Source: Candidatus Limnocylindrus sp. ZSMar2m-chloro-G89
GTDB taxonomy: Bacteria; Chloroflexota; Limnocylindria; Limnocylindrales; Limnocylindraceae
Assembly (NCBI GenBank): GCA_003670475.1
Contig: QWRJ01000001.1
Span: forward strand, 39,817-91,833
Direction: 5' to 3'
DNA length: 52,017 nt
Under the pieces are notes generated by a model. The model had not been told where the DNA came from. It did no database searches and worked only from the letters and a program-made list of their open reading frames with translations. Shown piece by piece: positions 29,794 to 44,900 of the stretch; within the stretch, counting starts at the first letter, position 1, and each line of letters starts with the position of its first letter. The position numbers and the translations under genes were made by a program.

Positions 29794-30093
29794 ATGGCGA
29801 AGAAGGCATCACTCCGACCCCTCGGCGACCGAGTCGTCGTCAAGCCGGTCCCGCGCGACGAGAAGACGGCGAGCGGCATCATCCTTCCTGACACGGCGCA
29901 GGAGAAGCCACAGGAGGGCGAAGTCGTCTCCGTTGGTCCAGGCCGCATCCTTGATGACGGGAAGCGTGAGCCGATCGACGTGAAGGTGGGGGATCGCGTC
30001 CTCCATGCGAAGTACGCCGGCACCGAGTTCAAGCTCGATGGCGCCGAGTACCTGATCGTCGGCGCGAAGGACATCCTCGCGATCGTCGAATAA
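29794..30093 (+). CDS. groES: co-chaperonin GroES
   Basis: LRPLGDRVVVKP...EKTASGIILPDTA...GEVVSVGPG. SD AGGAGG is upstream. Confidence 0.97.
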   Translation: MAKKASLRPLGDRVVVKPVPRDEKTASGIILPDTAQEKPQEGEVVSVGPGRILDDGKREPIDVKVGDRVLHAKYAGTEFKLDGAEYLIVGAKDILAIVE

Positions 30094-30132
30094 CTGAGTT
30101 ATTCAGCAGTAGTAAGTAGAGCAAGAAAGTAG

Positions 30133-31767
<1,635 letters not shown>

Positions 31768-31789
31768 TCTCTGATCGTTTCGTAGATCT

Positions 31790-31822
31790 GCGAGGGCTCC
31801 CAGCACGGCTGGGGGCCCTCGC
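31790..31822 (+). terminator. strong hairpin downstream of groEL (candidate terminator, no U tract)
   Basis: gcgagggctcccagc-acg-gctgggggccctcgc: a 15-bp stem (one G-U) with a 3-nt loop, 23 nt after the groEL stop. It is followed by gctatctcc rather than a T run. Confidence 0.5.
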
Positions 31823-31893
31823 GCTATCTCCGTCCGCTTCTGGCTTGAGGGGCGTCGGGGGCGCGCCGAGACTGGCGCGTGAGGTGTGGGCGG

Positions 31894-31899
31894 TAGAAT
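31894..31899 (+). promoter_or_regulatory. -10 box TAGAAT 6 nt upstream of the pcrA GTG (candidate leaderless promoter)
   Basis: cggTAGAATcaacggGTG. No SD in the spacer and no good -35. Confidence 0.4.
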
Positions 31900-31905
31900 C
31901 AACGG

Positions 31906-36635
<4,730 letters not shown>

Positions 36636-36644
36636 AATTCCCGC

Positions 36645-36950
36645 ATGAGCAAACTCACCCGCGCCGAGGTCGAGAAGGTCGCCGCCCTTGCGCGCCTCGG
36701 GCTGACGAGCGACGAGGTGGAGAAACTGCAGGGCGATCTCAATCTGATTCTTGAGCAGTGGGCTCGACTCGCCGAGGTGGACACGTCGAGCGTACCTGCG
36801 AGCGCGCAGACGATCGTCCAGCCGATGCTGCTTCGCGACGATACGCCACGTCCCTCCCTCTCTGTAGACGAGGCGCTGCAGAACGCGCCGTCACGGAGTG
36901 GCGACTTCGTTCGCGTTCAGGCGATCCTCAGCGAGGAGGCGGACGGATGA
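36645..36950 (+). CDS. gatC: Asp/Glu-tRNA(Asn/Gln) amidotransferase subunit C
   Basis: MSKLTRAEVEKVAALARLGLTSDEVEKL...L..IL......L.EVDTS, the typical GatC pattern. Confidence 0.9.
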   Translation: MSKLTRAEVEKVAALARLGLTSDEVEKLQGDLNLILEQWARLAEVDTSSVPASAQTIVQPMLLRDDTPRPSLSVDEALQNAPSRSGDFVRVQAILSEEADG

Positions 36951-38488
36951 GCGCCGACCTTCGTCGCGCCACCGCTACGCAACTCCGCGCCGGATATCGC
37001 AGCGGTGAGTTCACGTCAGTTGAGGTGGTAGAGACGCTCCTTGCTGCGATCGCACGTGAAGATGCTGCGCTCGGCGCCTGGTTACATCTTCGCGGTGATG
37101 AGGTGCGACGAGAGGCTGCGGCCGCGGATGTCACCTACGCTGCGACGCGCACCGCTGGGGCGGCAGCACTCAATGCGCTCCCACCACTTCTCGGTGTCCC
37201 TGTGGCGCTGAAAGATCTCGTCAACATGATCGGCACGCCAACCACCGCTGGCTCCAAGATCCTTGAGGGCTACATCAGTCCGTATGACGCAACGATCGCC
37301 GCCAAGCTCAAGGCGGCTGGCGCACTCATCCTTGGGAAGACGAATATGGACGAGTTCGCGATGGGCTCCTCTACGGAGTTCAGCGCCTATCGCCGCACCG
37401 TTAATCCGTGGGATCGCGAGCGCGTACCAGGGGGTTCATCGGGTGGATCGGCATCGGCGGTGGCGGCACTGCACGCGCCGCTCAGCATCGGCAGCGATAC
37501 GGGGGGCTCAATTCGTCAGCCGGCGAGCCTTACTGGTATTACTGGGATGAAGCCAACGTACGGCCGCGTCTCGCGCTACGGCATTGTTGCGTTCGCCTCA
37601 TCGCTTGACCAGATCGGGCCGTTTGCTCGAAGCGCTCAGGATGCGGCACTGCTGCTTCACACCATTGCAGGATCCGATCCGCGCGACGCGACAAGCTCCG
37701 CAACGCCAGTTGATGCCGCACTGCTCAAGCTCCCGCAAGGAGATCAGGCGGCGAGTGCACTGAAGGGGAAGCGCTTCGCCCTGCCGAAGGAGTACTTCGT
37801 GGCGGGGATGGAGCCTGGCGTTGAGGCGGCGGTGCGTGCCGCAGTTGCGGCGCTGCAGTCAGCGGGTGCGGTCATCGATGAGGTGAGCCTGCCGACTACA
37901 GAGCATGCGCTCGCCACCTACTACATCGTTGCCCCCGCCGAAGCCTCCGCGAATCTGGCGCGCTATGACGGGATTCGCTACGGCGCATCAAAGCACGGTG
38001 GTGGCGATCTCCTCGACGGCTATCTCGCCACGCGCGGTCGCGGCTTCGGTCCTGAGGTGCGCCGACGCATCATGCTCGGTACGTATGCGCTCTCCGCAGG
38101 TTTTTACGACGCCTACTACCTTAAGGCGCAGAAGGTGCGCACCTTGATTGCTCGCGACTTCGATCGCATCTGGGCGGCGGGGTATGACGCGATCGTGGCA
38201 CCGGCGAGCCCGTCGGTGGCATGGAAGTTTGGCGCGAAGATGAGCGATCCGGTCGCAATGTATCTCGCCGACGCCTGCACGATCCCAACGAATATGGCGG
38301 GCCTCCCTGGGCTCAGCACCCCGTGCGGGCTCTCCGAGGGGCTCCCCGTCGGCTTGCAACTGATCGGCGCACCATGGAGCGAGGCGGGGCTCCTCTCAAT
38401 CGCCGCCGGCTATGAGGCGCTCAGCGCCAACGCGCCGTGGCGCGACCAGGATCCCACCGACCTTGCCGCACTCGGAGGGGCCGCATGA
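36947..38488 (+). CDS. gatA: Asp/Glu-tRNA(Asn/Gln) amidotransferase subunit A
   Basis: Amidase signature GGSSGGSASAVAA and GSDTGGSIRQPAS, with catalytic Lys in PVALKDL. ATGA overlap with gatC. The track start at 36758 lies inside gatC. Confidence 0.95.
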   Translation: MSADLRRATATQLRAGYRSGEFTSVEVVETLLAAIAREDAALGAWLHLRGDEVRREAAAADVTYAATRTAGAAALNALPPLLGVPVALKDLVNMIGTPTTAGSKILEGYISPYDATIAAKLKAAGALILGKTNMDEFAMGSSTEFSAYRRTVNPWDRERVPGGSSGGSASAVAALHAPLSIGSDTGGSIRQPASLTGITGMKPTYGRVSRYGIVAFASSLDQIGPFARSAQDAALLLHTIAGSDPRDATSSATPVDAALLKLPQGDQAASALKGKRFALPKEYFVAGMEPGVEAAVRAAVAALQSAGAVIDEVSLPTTEHALATYYIVAPAEASANLARYDGIRYGASKHGGGDLLDGYLATRGRGFGPEVRRRIMLGTYALSAGFYDAYYLKAQKVRTLIARDFDRIWAAGYDAIVAPASPSVAWKFGAKMSDPVAMYLADACTIPTNMAGLPGLSTPCGLSEGLPVGLQLIGAPWSEAGLLSIAAGYEALSANAPWRDQDPTDLAALGGAA

Positions 38489-39669
38489 GTGACTTCGCAA
38501 AGCGCACCCTCGCCGATCGCGTGCACGCGGTGCCACCATCTGGCATTCGCCGCTTCTTTGATATCGCCGCGCAGATGAAGGACGTCATTAGCCTCGGCGT
38601 TGGCGAGCCAGACTTCGACACGCCGAGCCACATCACGGAGGCGGCAATTAGCAGCCTGCGCGCCGGTCGCACCCACTACACGTCAAACTACGGAACGCCT
38701 GAGCTGCGCGCCGCGATTTCCGACAAGATCTTTGAGCGATCGGGTGTGCGCTATGACCCGGCGACCGAGATCGTGGTCACGATCGGCGCGTCTGAGGCGG
38801 TCGACCTCGCAATTCGCGGCACGATCAATCCTGGAGAGATCCTCATCCTTCCGGAGCCTTCGTACGTTGCCTATCTCCCTGCCGTGATCTTCGCCGGTGG
38901 CGAGGTGCGTTCAATCCCAACGAGCGCGAGCGAAGGTTGGCGCCTGGACACGACCGCTGTTGCTGCTGCGGCGCCAGGGGCGAAGGCGCTCTTCCTCGGC
39001 TATCCGGCGAATCCCACCGGCGCAACGCTTGACGAGACAACGCGCGCCGAACTCGCGCGCATCGCAGTGGAGCACGACCTGCTCGTGATCAGCGACGAGA
39101 TCTATGACCGTCTCGTCTATGAGGGACCAGCGCACCGCGCGATCTCTGCCTACCCTGGAATGAAGGAGCGCACGATCCTGATCGGCGGCTTCTCAAAGTC
39201 GTACGCGATGACCGGATGGCGGGTCGGCTTCCTATGCGCGCCGGCGGAGATCGTTGCCGGTCTCGTGAAGATTCACCAGTACGCAATCATGAGCGCACCG
39301 ACGCCGTCACAGGACGCTGCGCTTGAAGCACTTCGCAACGGGGAGCCTGCGCTCGAAGAGATGCGTGGCGCATATGCACGCCGACGCAGCATCGTTCTGG
39401 ATGGACTTGCCGCACTGAAGCTGCCTACTGGCGCGCCGAAGGGTGCCTTCTACGCCTTCCCAGATATCTCGTCGCTCGGCATCAGTGATGAGGAGTTCGC
39501 TGAGCGCCTTCTGCAAGAGGAGCGAGTTGCGGTGATTCCTGGTTCAGCATTTGGCGCAAGTGGTCGCGGCCATGTGCGCATCTGCTACGCGGTGTCAGAA
39601 GAGAAGCTTCGCGAGGCGCTCGTCCGCATCGGGCGCTTTGTTGCGTTGCTGAAGGGGGCTGCCGTATGA
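38485..39669 (+). CDS. class I PLP-dependent aminotransferase (AspAT-like)
   Basis: GIRRFFD, LGVGEPDFDTP, GYPANPTG and PLP-lysine motif SKSYAMTGWRVG. ATGA overlaps with both gatA (5') and gatB (3'). Confidence 0.88.
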   Translation: MSDFAKRTLADRVHAVPPSGIRRFFDIAAQMKDVISLGVGEPDFDTPSHITEAAISSLRAGRTHYTSNYGTPELRAAISDKIFERSGVRYDPATEIVVTIGASEAVDLAIRGTINPGEILILPEPSYVAYLPAVIFAGGEVRSIPTSASEGWRLDTTAVAAAAPGAKALFLGYPANPTGATLDETTRAELARIAVEHDLLVISDEIYDRLVYEGPAHRAISAYPGMKERTILIGGFSKSYAMTGWRVGFLCAPAEIVAGLVKIHQYAIMSAPTPSQDAALEALRNGEPALEEMRGAYARRRSIVLDGLAALKLPTGAPKGAFYAFPDISSLGISDEEFAERLLQEERVAVIPGSAFGASGRGHVRICYAVSEEKLREALVRIGRFVALLKGAAV

Positions 39670-41099
39670 GCTGGGAGGCGGTGATCGGCATTGAGATCCA
39701 TGTGCAGTTGCGCACCGCAACGAAGATGTTCTGCCCCTGCGCGATCCCTGCAGAGGGTGACGCGCCAAACACGCGCACCTGCCCAACCTGCCTCGGCCTC
39801 CCAGGCGCCCTCCCTGTGCCGAACCGCACCGCCATCGAGAGGGTGCTCGCTGTGGGCGCAGCGATCGGCGCGAAGAGCCCCGCAACGACACGTTGGGATC
39901 GGAAGAACTACTTCTACCCAGACCTGCCGAAGGGTTACCAGATCAGCCAGCTTGATCTTCCACTTGCGGAGCACGGCAGCATCCCTGTCACCACGAGCGC
40001 TGGCGCTGGCTCCGTGCGGATTCGACGCGCGCACCTAGAGGAAGATACGGCGCGGCTGCGCCATGAGAAGGGGGCCGACGGCACGCGGGCGAGCCTCATC
40101 GATTACAACCGCTCTGGCGTCGCCCTCCTTGAGATCGTCACCGAGCCAGACATCCGGGATGGCGAGACGGCGCGCCGCTACGCAGAGGAGCTCCGCCTCC
40201 TCCTGCGCACGATTGGTGCGGCGGACGCTGAGATGGAGAACGGTCAGATGCGCGTGGAGGCGAACATCTCACTTCGACCATCAAGCGACGCACCGTTCGG
40301 ACTCCGCGTTGAGGTGAAGAATATGAACTCGTTCCGCTCCGTTGAGCGCGCGATCGCTTATGAGATGGCGCGCCAGGCCGAAGTGCTAGATGCGGGCGGA
40401 ACGATCACGCAGGAGACGCGTGGATGGGACGAGGGGAGTGAGACCACCTACACGATGCGCGCGAAGGAGGACTCGCACGACTACCGCTACTTCCCTGAGC
40501 CAGACCTCCCACCACTCGACATTGATCCCGCCTGGCTCGCCGCGATTGTTGCTGGACTCCCTGAGCTCCCAGGAACACGCCGCGCGCGCTACGTCAGCGA
40601 GCTCGGACTCACCGACTATGACGCGAGCGTCCTGGTGGCTGAGCCACGCGCCGCCGCCCTTTTTGAGGCGGCACGTGCCGCACAGAAGGAGCTCGACGCG
40701 AAGCTGCTTGCGAACTGGGTGAGCGGCGAATACCTGCGCGTGGCGAAAGAGGGGGCAGCCGACCCTGATCCGGTCCAGTTTGCTGCGCTCGTCGCGGCAG
40801 TTGCGAGCAAGGAGATCAACGGCACCACCGCGAAAGCACTCTTCGCCGAGATGATCACGACGCCGCTCAGCATTCGCGAGGTGATCGCCTCACGTGGCCT
40901 TGGCCAGATCAGCGACACGGGGGCGCTGGAGAGCATCATCGCCGACGTCATCGCAGCGAATCCACAAGCGATCGCTGACTGGAAGGCGGGGAAGCAGCAG
41001 GCGGTGAGCTTCCTCGTTGGTCAGGCGATGAAGGCGAGCAAGGGGCGCGGCGACGCGGCGCTCCTTGGCGACCTCATTCGCGCAGCACTCGATCGCTGA
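39666..41099 (+). CDS. gatB: Asp/Glu-tRNA(Asn/Gln) amidotransferase subunit B
   Basis: WEAVIGIEIHVQL, C..C...PG.LP, HLEEDTA, NRSGVALLEIV, and a C-terminal YqeY-like tail with KGRGDAALL. Confidence 0.95.
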   Translation: MSWEAVIGIEIHVQLRTATKMFCPCAIPAEGDAPNTRTCPTCLGLPGALPVPNRTAIERVLAVGAAIGAKSPATTRWDRKNYFYPDLPKGYQISQLDLPLAEHGSIPVTTSAGAGSVRIRRAHLEEDTARLRHEKGADGTRASLIDYNRSGVALLEIVTEPDIRDGETARRYAEELRLLLRTIGAADAEMENGQMRVEANISLRPSSDAPFGLRVEVKNMNSFRSVERAIAYEMARQAEVLDAGGTITQETRGWDEGSETTYTMRAKEDSHDYRYFPEPDLPPLDIDPAWLAAIVAGLPELPGTRRARYVSELGLTDYDASVLVAEPRAAALFEAARAAQKELDAKLLANWVSGEYLRVAKEGAADPDPVQFAALVAAVASKEINGTTAKALFAEMITTPLSIREVIASRGLGQISDTGALESIIADVIAANPQAIADWKAGKQQAVSFLVGQAMKASKGRGDAALLGDLIRAALDR

Positions 41100-41100
41100 G

Positions 41101-41382
41101 ATGCTTGATATCGTTCGCCTTGTCACCGGAGGCTTTGGGGTGGCTGGCCTCCTTTATCTCGCGCGTCAACTTCCGCCGTTGCTTACGCAGTATCAGCTCC
41201 ATCAGACGCGTGTTGGCGGAGCGAAGCGCTATAGCGAGTGGCGCGGCGCACCTGGCGCTGGGCCAGACGTTCTTGATCGTCTTGAGGGGCAGCTGATCGT
41301 TTCGCGGCTGAAGCGCCTCGCCGGCGTTGGTGTTGCCTCCATCGTTGGGATTGCGCTCGCCCTCTTCCCGCCGCTCCGCTAG
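41101..41382 (+). CDS. hypothetical small membrane protein (94 aa)
   Basis: The ATG is 1 nt after the gatB stop. Two hydrophobic segments (VTGGFGVAGLLYLA; GVGVASIVGIALALF) flank a basic loop. No recognisable family. Confidence 0.5.
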   Translation: MLDIVRLVTGGFGVAGLLYLARQLPPLLTQYQLHQTRVGGAKRYSEWRGAPGAGPDVLDRLEGQLIVSRLKRLAGVGVASIVGIALALFPPLR

Positions 41383-41389
41383 CTGTTTG

Positions 41390-41908
41390 CTAAACGCTCG
41401 GACCGGAAATCCTTAAGCGCTGCACTTCGATCGCCGTGCAGCGGTCTTGCACGAACGGGATGCCCGCCTCTGCGGCGAGCGCTGCGACCTCTGGACTGAT
41501 GATGCCGAGTTGCAACCAGATCGCACCCGCGCCAGCTGCGATCGCCTCCCGCGTCACGTCGGCGCAGTCTTCTGGGCGACGAAAGATATCAACGAGATCA
41601 ATGCGCTGACCCTCCGGGAGTGACGCGGCTGCGCTGGCAAGGTTTGGATAGCAGGGGAGTCCAGCAACTCCGTCGGCCAGCGCGTTCGCGGCGGGGTTGA
41701 CGGGAAGGATGTGCCAGCCAGCTGCTTGAAGGGCGAGCAGGACGCCGTGCGAGGGGCGGTCAGGTTTCGGCGAAGCGCCAACAACGGCGATGGTCCGACT
41801 GCCAGCGAGGAGGGTGCGGAGCTGCTCGTCTGAGGCGCGGGGCACGCCGCCTCCCCCCTCTGCAGCGTCGATCGCCGCCCTGATCCTCGCTCGTTCGCGC
41901 TCATCCAT
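41390..41908 (-). CDS. CoA-binding domain protein (YccU-like)
   Basis: TIAVVGASPKPDRPSH..V...L...G..I.PVNP...I.G...Y..L......IDLVDIFR, the pattern of the CoA_binding_2 family. Confidence 0.75.
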   Translation of the reverse strand: MDERERARIRAAIDAAEGGGGVPRASDEQLRTLLAGSRTIAVVGASPKPDRPSHGVLLALQAAGWHILPVNPAANALADGVAGLPCYPNLASAAASLPEGQRIDLVDIFRRPEDCADVTREAIAAGAGAIWLQLGIISPEVAALAAEAGIPFVQDRCTAIEVQRLRISGPSV

Positions 41909-41914
41909 CGGCTA

Positions 41915-41920
41915 ATCCTA
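41915..41920 (-). promoter_or_regulatory. -10 box TAGGAT 6 nt upstream of the CoA-binding gene ATG (candidate leaderless promoter)
   Basis: The minus strand reads gcgTAGGATtagccgATG. No SD. Confidence 0.4.
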
Positions 41921-41929
41921 CGCGCTCGG

Positions 41930-41935
41930 TAGACT
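41930..41935 (+). promoter_or_regulatory. -10 box TAGACT 6 nt upstream of the dnaE GTG (candidate leaderless promoter)
   Basis: cggTAGACTccccccGTG. The spacer is six C, so there is no SD. Confidence 0.45.
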
Positions 41936-41941
41936 CCCCCC

Positions 41942-44900
41942 GTGAGCAAGAAGCCCGACTTCACCCATCTCCACGTCCACACCGAGTTCAGCCTGCTCGA
42001 CGGCATGAGCAAGATCGATGCGCTCATGGACGAGACGAAGGCGCTCGGCATGGACTCCATCGCCATAACTGACCACGGCGCCCTCTACGGGACGGTGCAG
42101 TTTGTCCAGGCGGCGACGAAGCGTGGGATCAAGCCGATCATCGGCGTGGAGACCTACGTTGCGCGTCGTGGCATGGGCGATAAGGAGGGGAAGGCCGACC
42201 AGCAGCCCTTCCACCTCGTCTTACTCGCCACCAACGCAGTCGGCTATCGCAACCTCTGTCGTCTCGTCACCGATGCGCACCTTGACGGCATGTACTACAA
42301 GCCGCGCATCGATCTTGATCACCTCGCGAAGTATTCCGAGGGGCTGATCGGACTCTCCGGCTGCCTGAACGGTGAGATCGCTCGCGCCCTTGAGGTTGAT
42401 GACTGGGAGCATGCGCGTGCACTTGCGGGGCGCTACGGCGACATCTTCGGCAAGGAGCGCTTCTATTTGGAGGTGCAGGATCATGGCCTCCCGGAACAGA
42501 AGCGACTGAACGAGCAACTCTTCAAGCTCGCACCTGAGGTTGGACTCCCACTCGTTCTAACAAACGACCTTCACTACGTCCGCGCGCAACAGCGAGAGGC
42601 GCATGACGTCCTTCTCTGTATCGGCACCGCAAGCAACCTTGAGACGCCTGGTCGCATGCGCTTTAACAGTGGCGAGTTCTACCTGAAGTCGCCTGCGCAG
42701 ATGGCGTCGCTCTTCCCTGATCGCCCGGACCTGCTGCTCAATACGCGCGCCATCAGCGAAGCGGTCGACTTCAAGTTGACGCTCGGACAGCCGCGCATGC
42801 CAGACGTGGAGGTGCCGAAGGGCGAAACAGTTGAGAGTTGGTTGCGGAAGGAGGCGGAGCGCGGGCTGTTGCGCCGCTACGGGACACCATCTGCCGCGGC
42901 ACGCGAACGGCTTGAGTACGAGCTCGGCGTGATCTTGAAGATGGGCTACGGGGCCTACTTCCTGATCGTTGCCGACTTCGTTCGATTCGCACGCGAGCAG
43001 GGGATCGCTACCACCTGCCGAGGGAGTGCACCTGGTTCAATCGTGACCTACGCGCTCGGCATCACGCCGGTTGATCCGTTGCACTACGACCTTCCGTTTG
43101 AACGCTTCCTGAATGAGGACCGCGTGACGATGCCGGATATTGATATCGACTTTGAGGATGGTCGCCGCGAAGAGGTGATCCGCTACGTTGCGCAGAAGTA
43201 CGGCGAGAGCCAGGTCGCGCAGATCATCACCTTCGGCACGATGGCGGCACGCGCCGCGATCCGTGATGTCGGTCGCGTCTTGGGGAAGAGCTACGGCGAT
43301 GTTGACCGCCTGGCGAAGGCGGTTCCAGACAAGCTCGGCACAACGCTCAGCCAGGCGCGCAAGGATGCTGACTTCAAGGCGCTCGCAGAGAGCTCGGACT
43401 ATGCGCCACTCGTGAACCTGGCTGAACAGCTGGAGGGTGTGGTGCGCAACGCCTCCACCCACGCCGCTGGCGTAGTGATCAGTCGCGAGCCGCTCACCGA
43501 GATCATGGCGCTGCAGCGCGCCACAAACTCCGAAGGGGTGATGACCCAGATTGAGATGCACGGCGTTGAGGCGCTCGGGCTTCTCAAGTTCGACTTTCTT
43601 GGTCTGGCAAACCTCACGATCTTGCGCACGGCGGTGGATCGGATCAAGGCGACCTACGGTGTTGCGATTGACCTCGACACGATCCCGCTCGACGACGCGA
43701 AGACGTTCGCCCTCCTCGCGTCAGGCGAGACGAGCGGCATCTTCCAGCTCGAGTCGGCTGGGATGCGCCGCTACATCAAGGAACTGCGCCCAACAAGCGT
43801 CTTTGATCTCGCCGCCATGGTGGCGCTCTACCGACCGGGCCCAATGGCGAATATTCCCTCGTACATTCGTCGCAAGCACGGAACGGAGGCCGTCACGTAT
43901 CTGCATCCGCTCCTTGAGCCGTTCCTAAAGCGCACCTACGGCGTCTTCGTCTATCAGGAGGACATCATGGCGGCGGCATCGGCACTCGGTGGCTTCTCTG
44001 GGCCGAAGGCCGACACGCTCGGCTACGCGGTGCGAAAGAAGAAGGAGGACGTGCTGGCTGGACTGAAGCAGGAGTTCATTACCAGCGCTGCAGAACGCGG
44101 CGTGGCCCGAAGCGTGATTGAGCAGGTTTTCCAGGCGTTCGAGCCGTTTGCCAACTACGGCTTTAACAAGGCGCACGCCACCTGCTACGGAATGATCGCC
44201 TACCAGACCGCTTACCTGAAGGCGAACTACACCGTGGAGTACATGACGAGCGTCCTAAACGCCTTCCGTAATAAGGAGGACAAGGTGGCGAGCGCGATCG
44301 CCGAATGCCGCCGTCTCGGGATTGAGATCTTGCCACCCGATGTAGAGCGCTCGCAGCTCGACTTTGAGCCAGAGGGGGGCGCGATCCGCTTCGGCCTCCT
44401 CGCGATCAAGAATGTTGGCGCTGGTGCGGTGGAGTCAATCGTCAACGCGCGCACAGCGGGCGGTGGCTTTAGTAGCCTCCAAGACCTCTGTGAGCGCATC
44501 GATTTGCGACTCGCCAACAAGCGCGTCTTTGAGGCGCTCGCAAAGGTTGGTGCACTGCAGAAGTTTGGCCACCCAGCACAGCTCCTCCTTGCGCTGGACG
44601 ATGCCCTCTCTGCCGGAACAAGCGTGCAACGTGAGCGCGCTGCGGGCCAGGTCTCGCTTTTCGATTCCTCCCCAGGGCTAGCATCAACGGTTGCGGTGAA
44701 GCTGCCGAGCGCCGCTGAGGCGCCGACGCGTGAGCGACTCCGCTGGGAGCGAGAGCTACTCGGCGTGTATCTCTCTGATCATCCGATGAATGCGCTTGCA
44801 CCCGTCCTTGCGCCATACGTCAGCGGTTTTGTTGGTGACTTTGGTGAGGATGTGCCGAGCGAAGAGCGCGTCGTGCTTGGCGCGATCGTCACGAACGTTC

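Noticed and set aside
36758-36946. Long N-terminal extensions suggested by the ORF track (gatA from 36758; also mraZ 832, murG 9996, ftsA 14393, yggT 17713, metG 27164, tatD 28716, aminotransferase 38437, small protein 41065, UbiA 45411)
   Set aside because: The extensions overlap the preceding gene in another frame and add non-homologous Arg-rich sequence. They are superseded by internal starts that give canonical family N-termini with an SD, an ATGA-type coupling or a -10 box.
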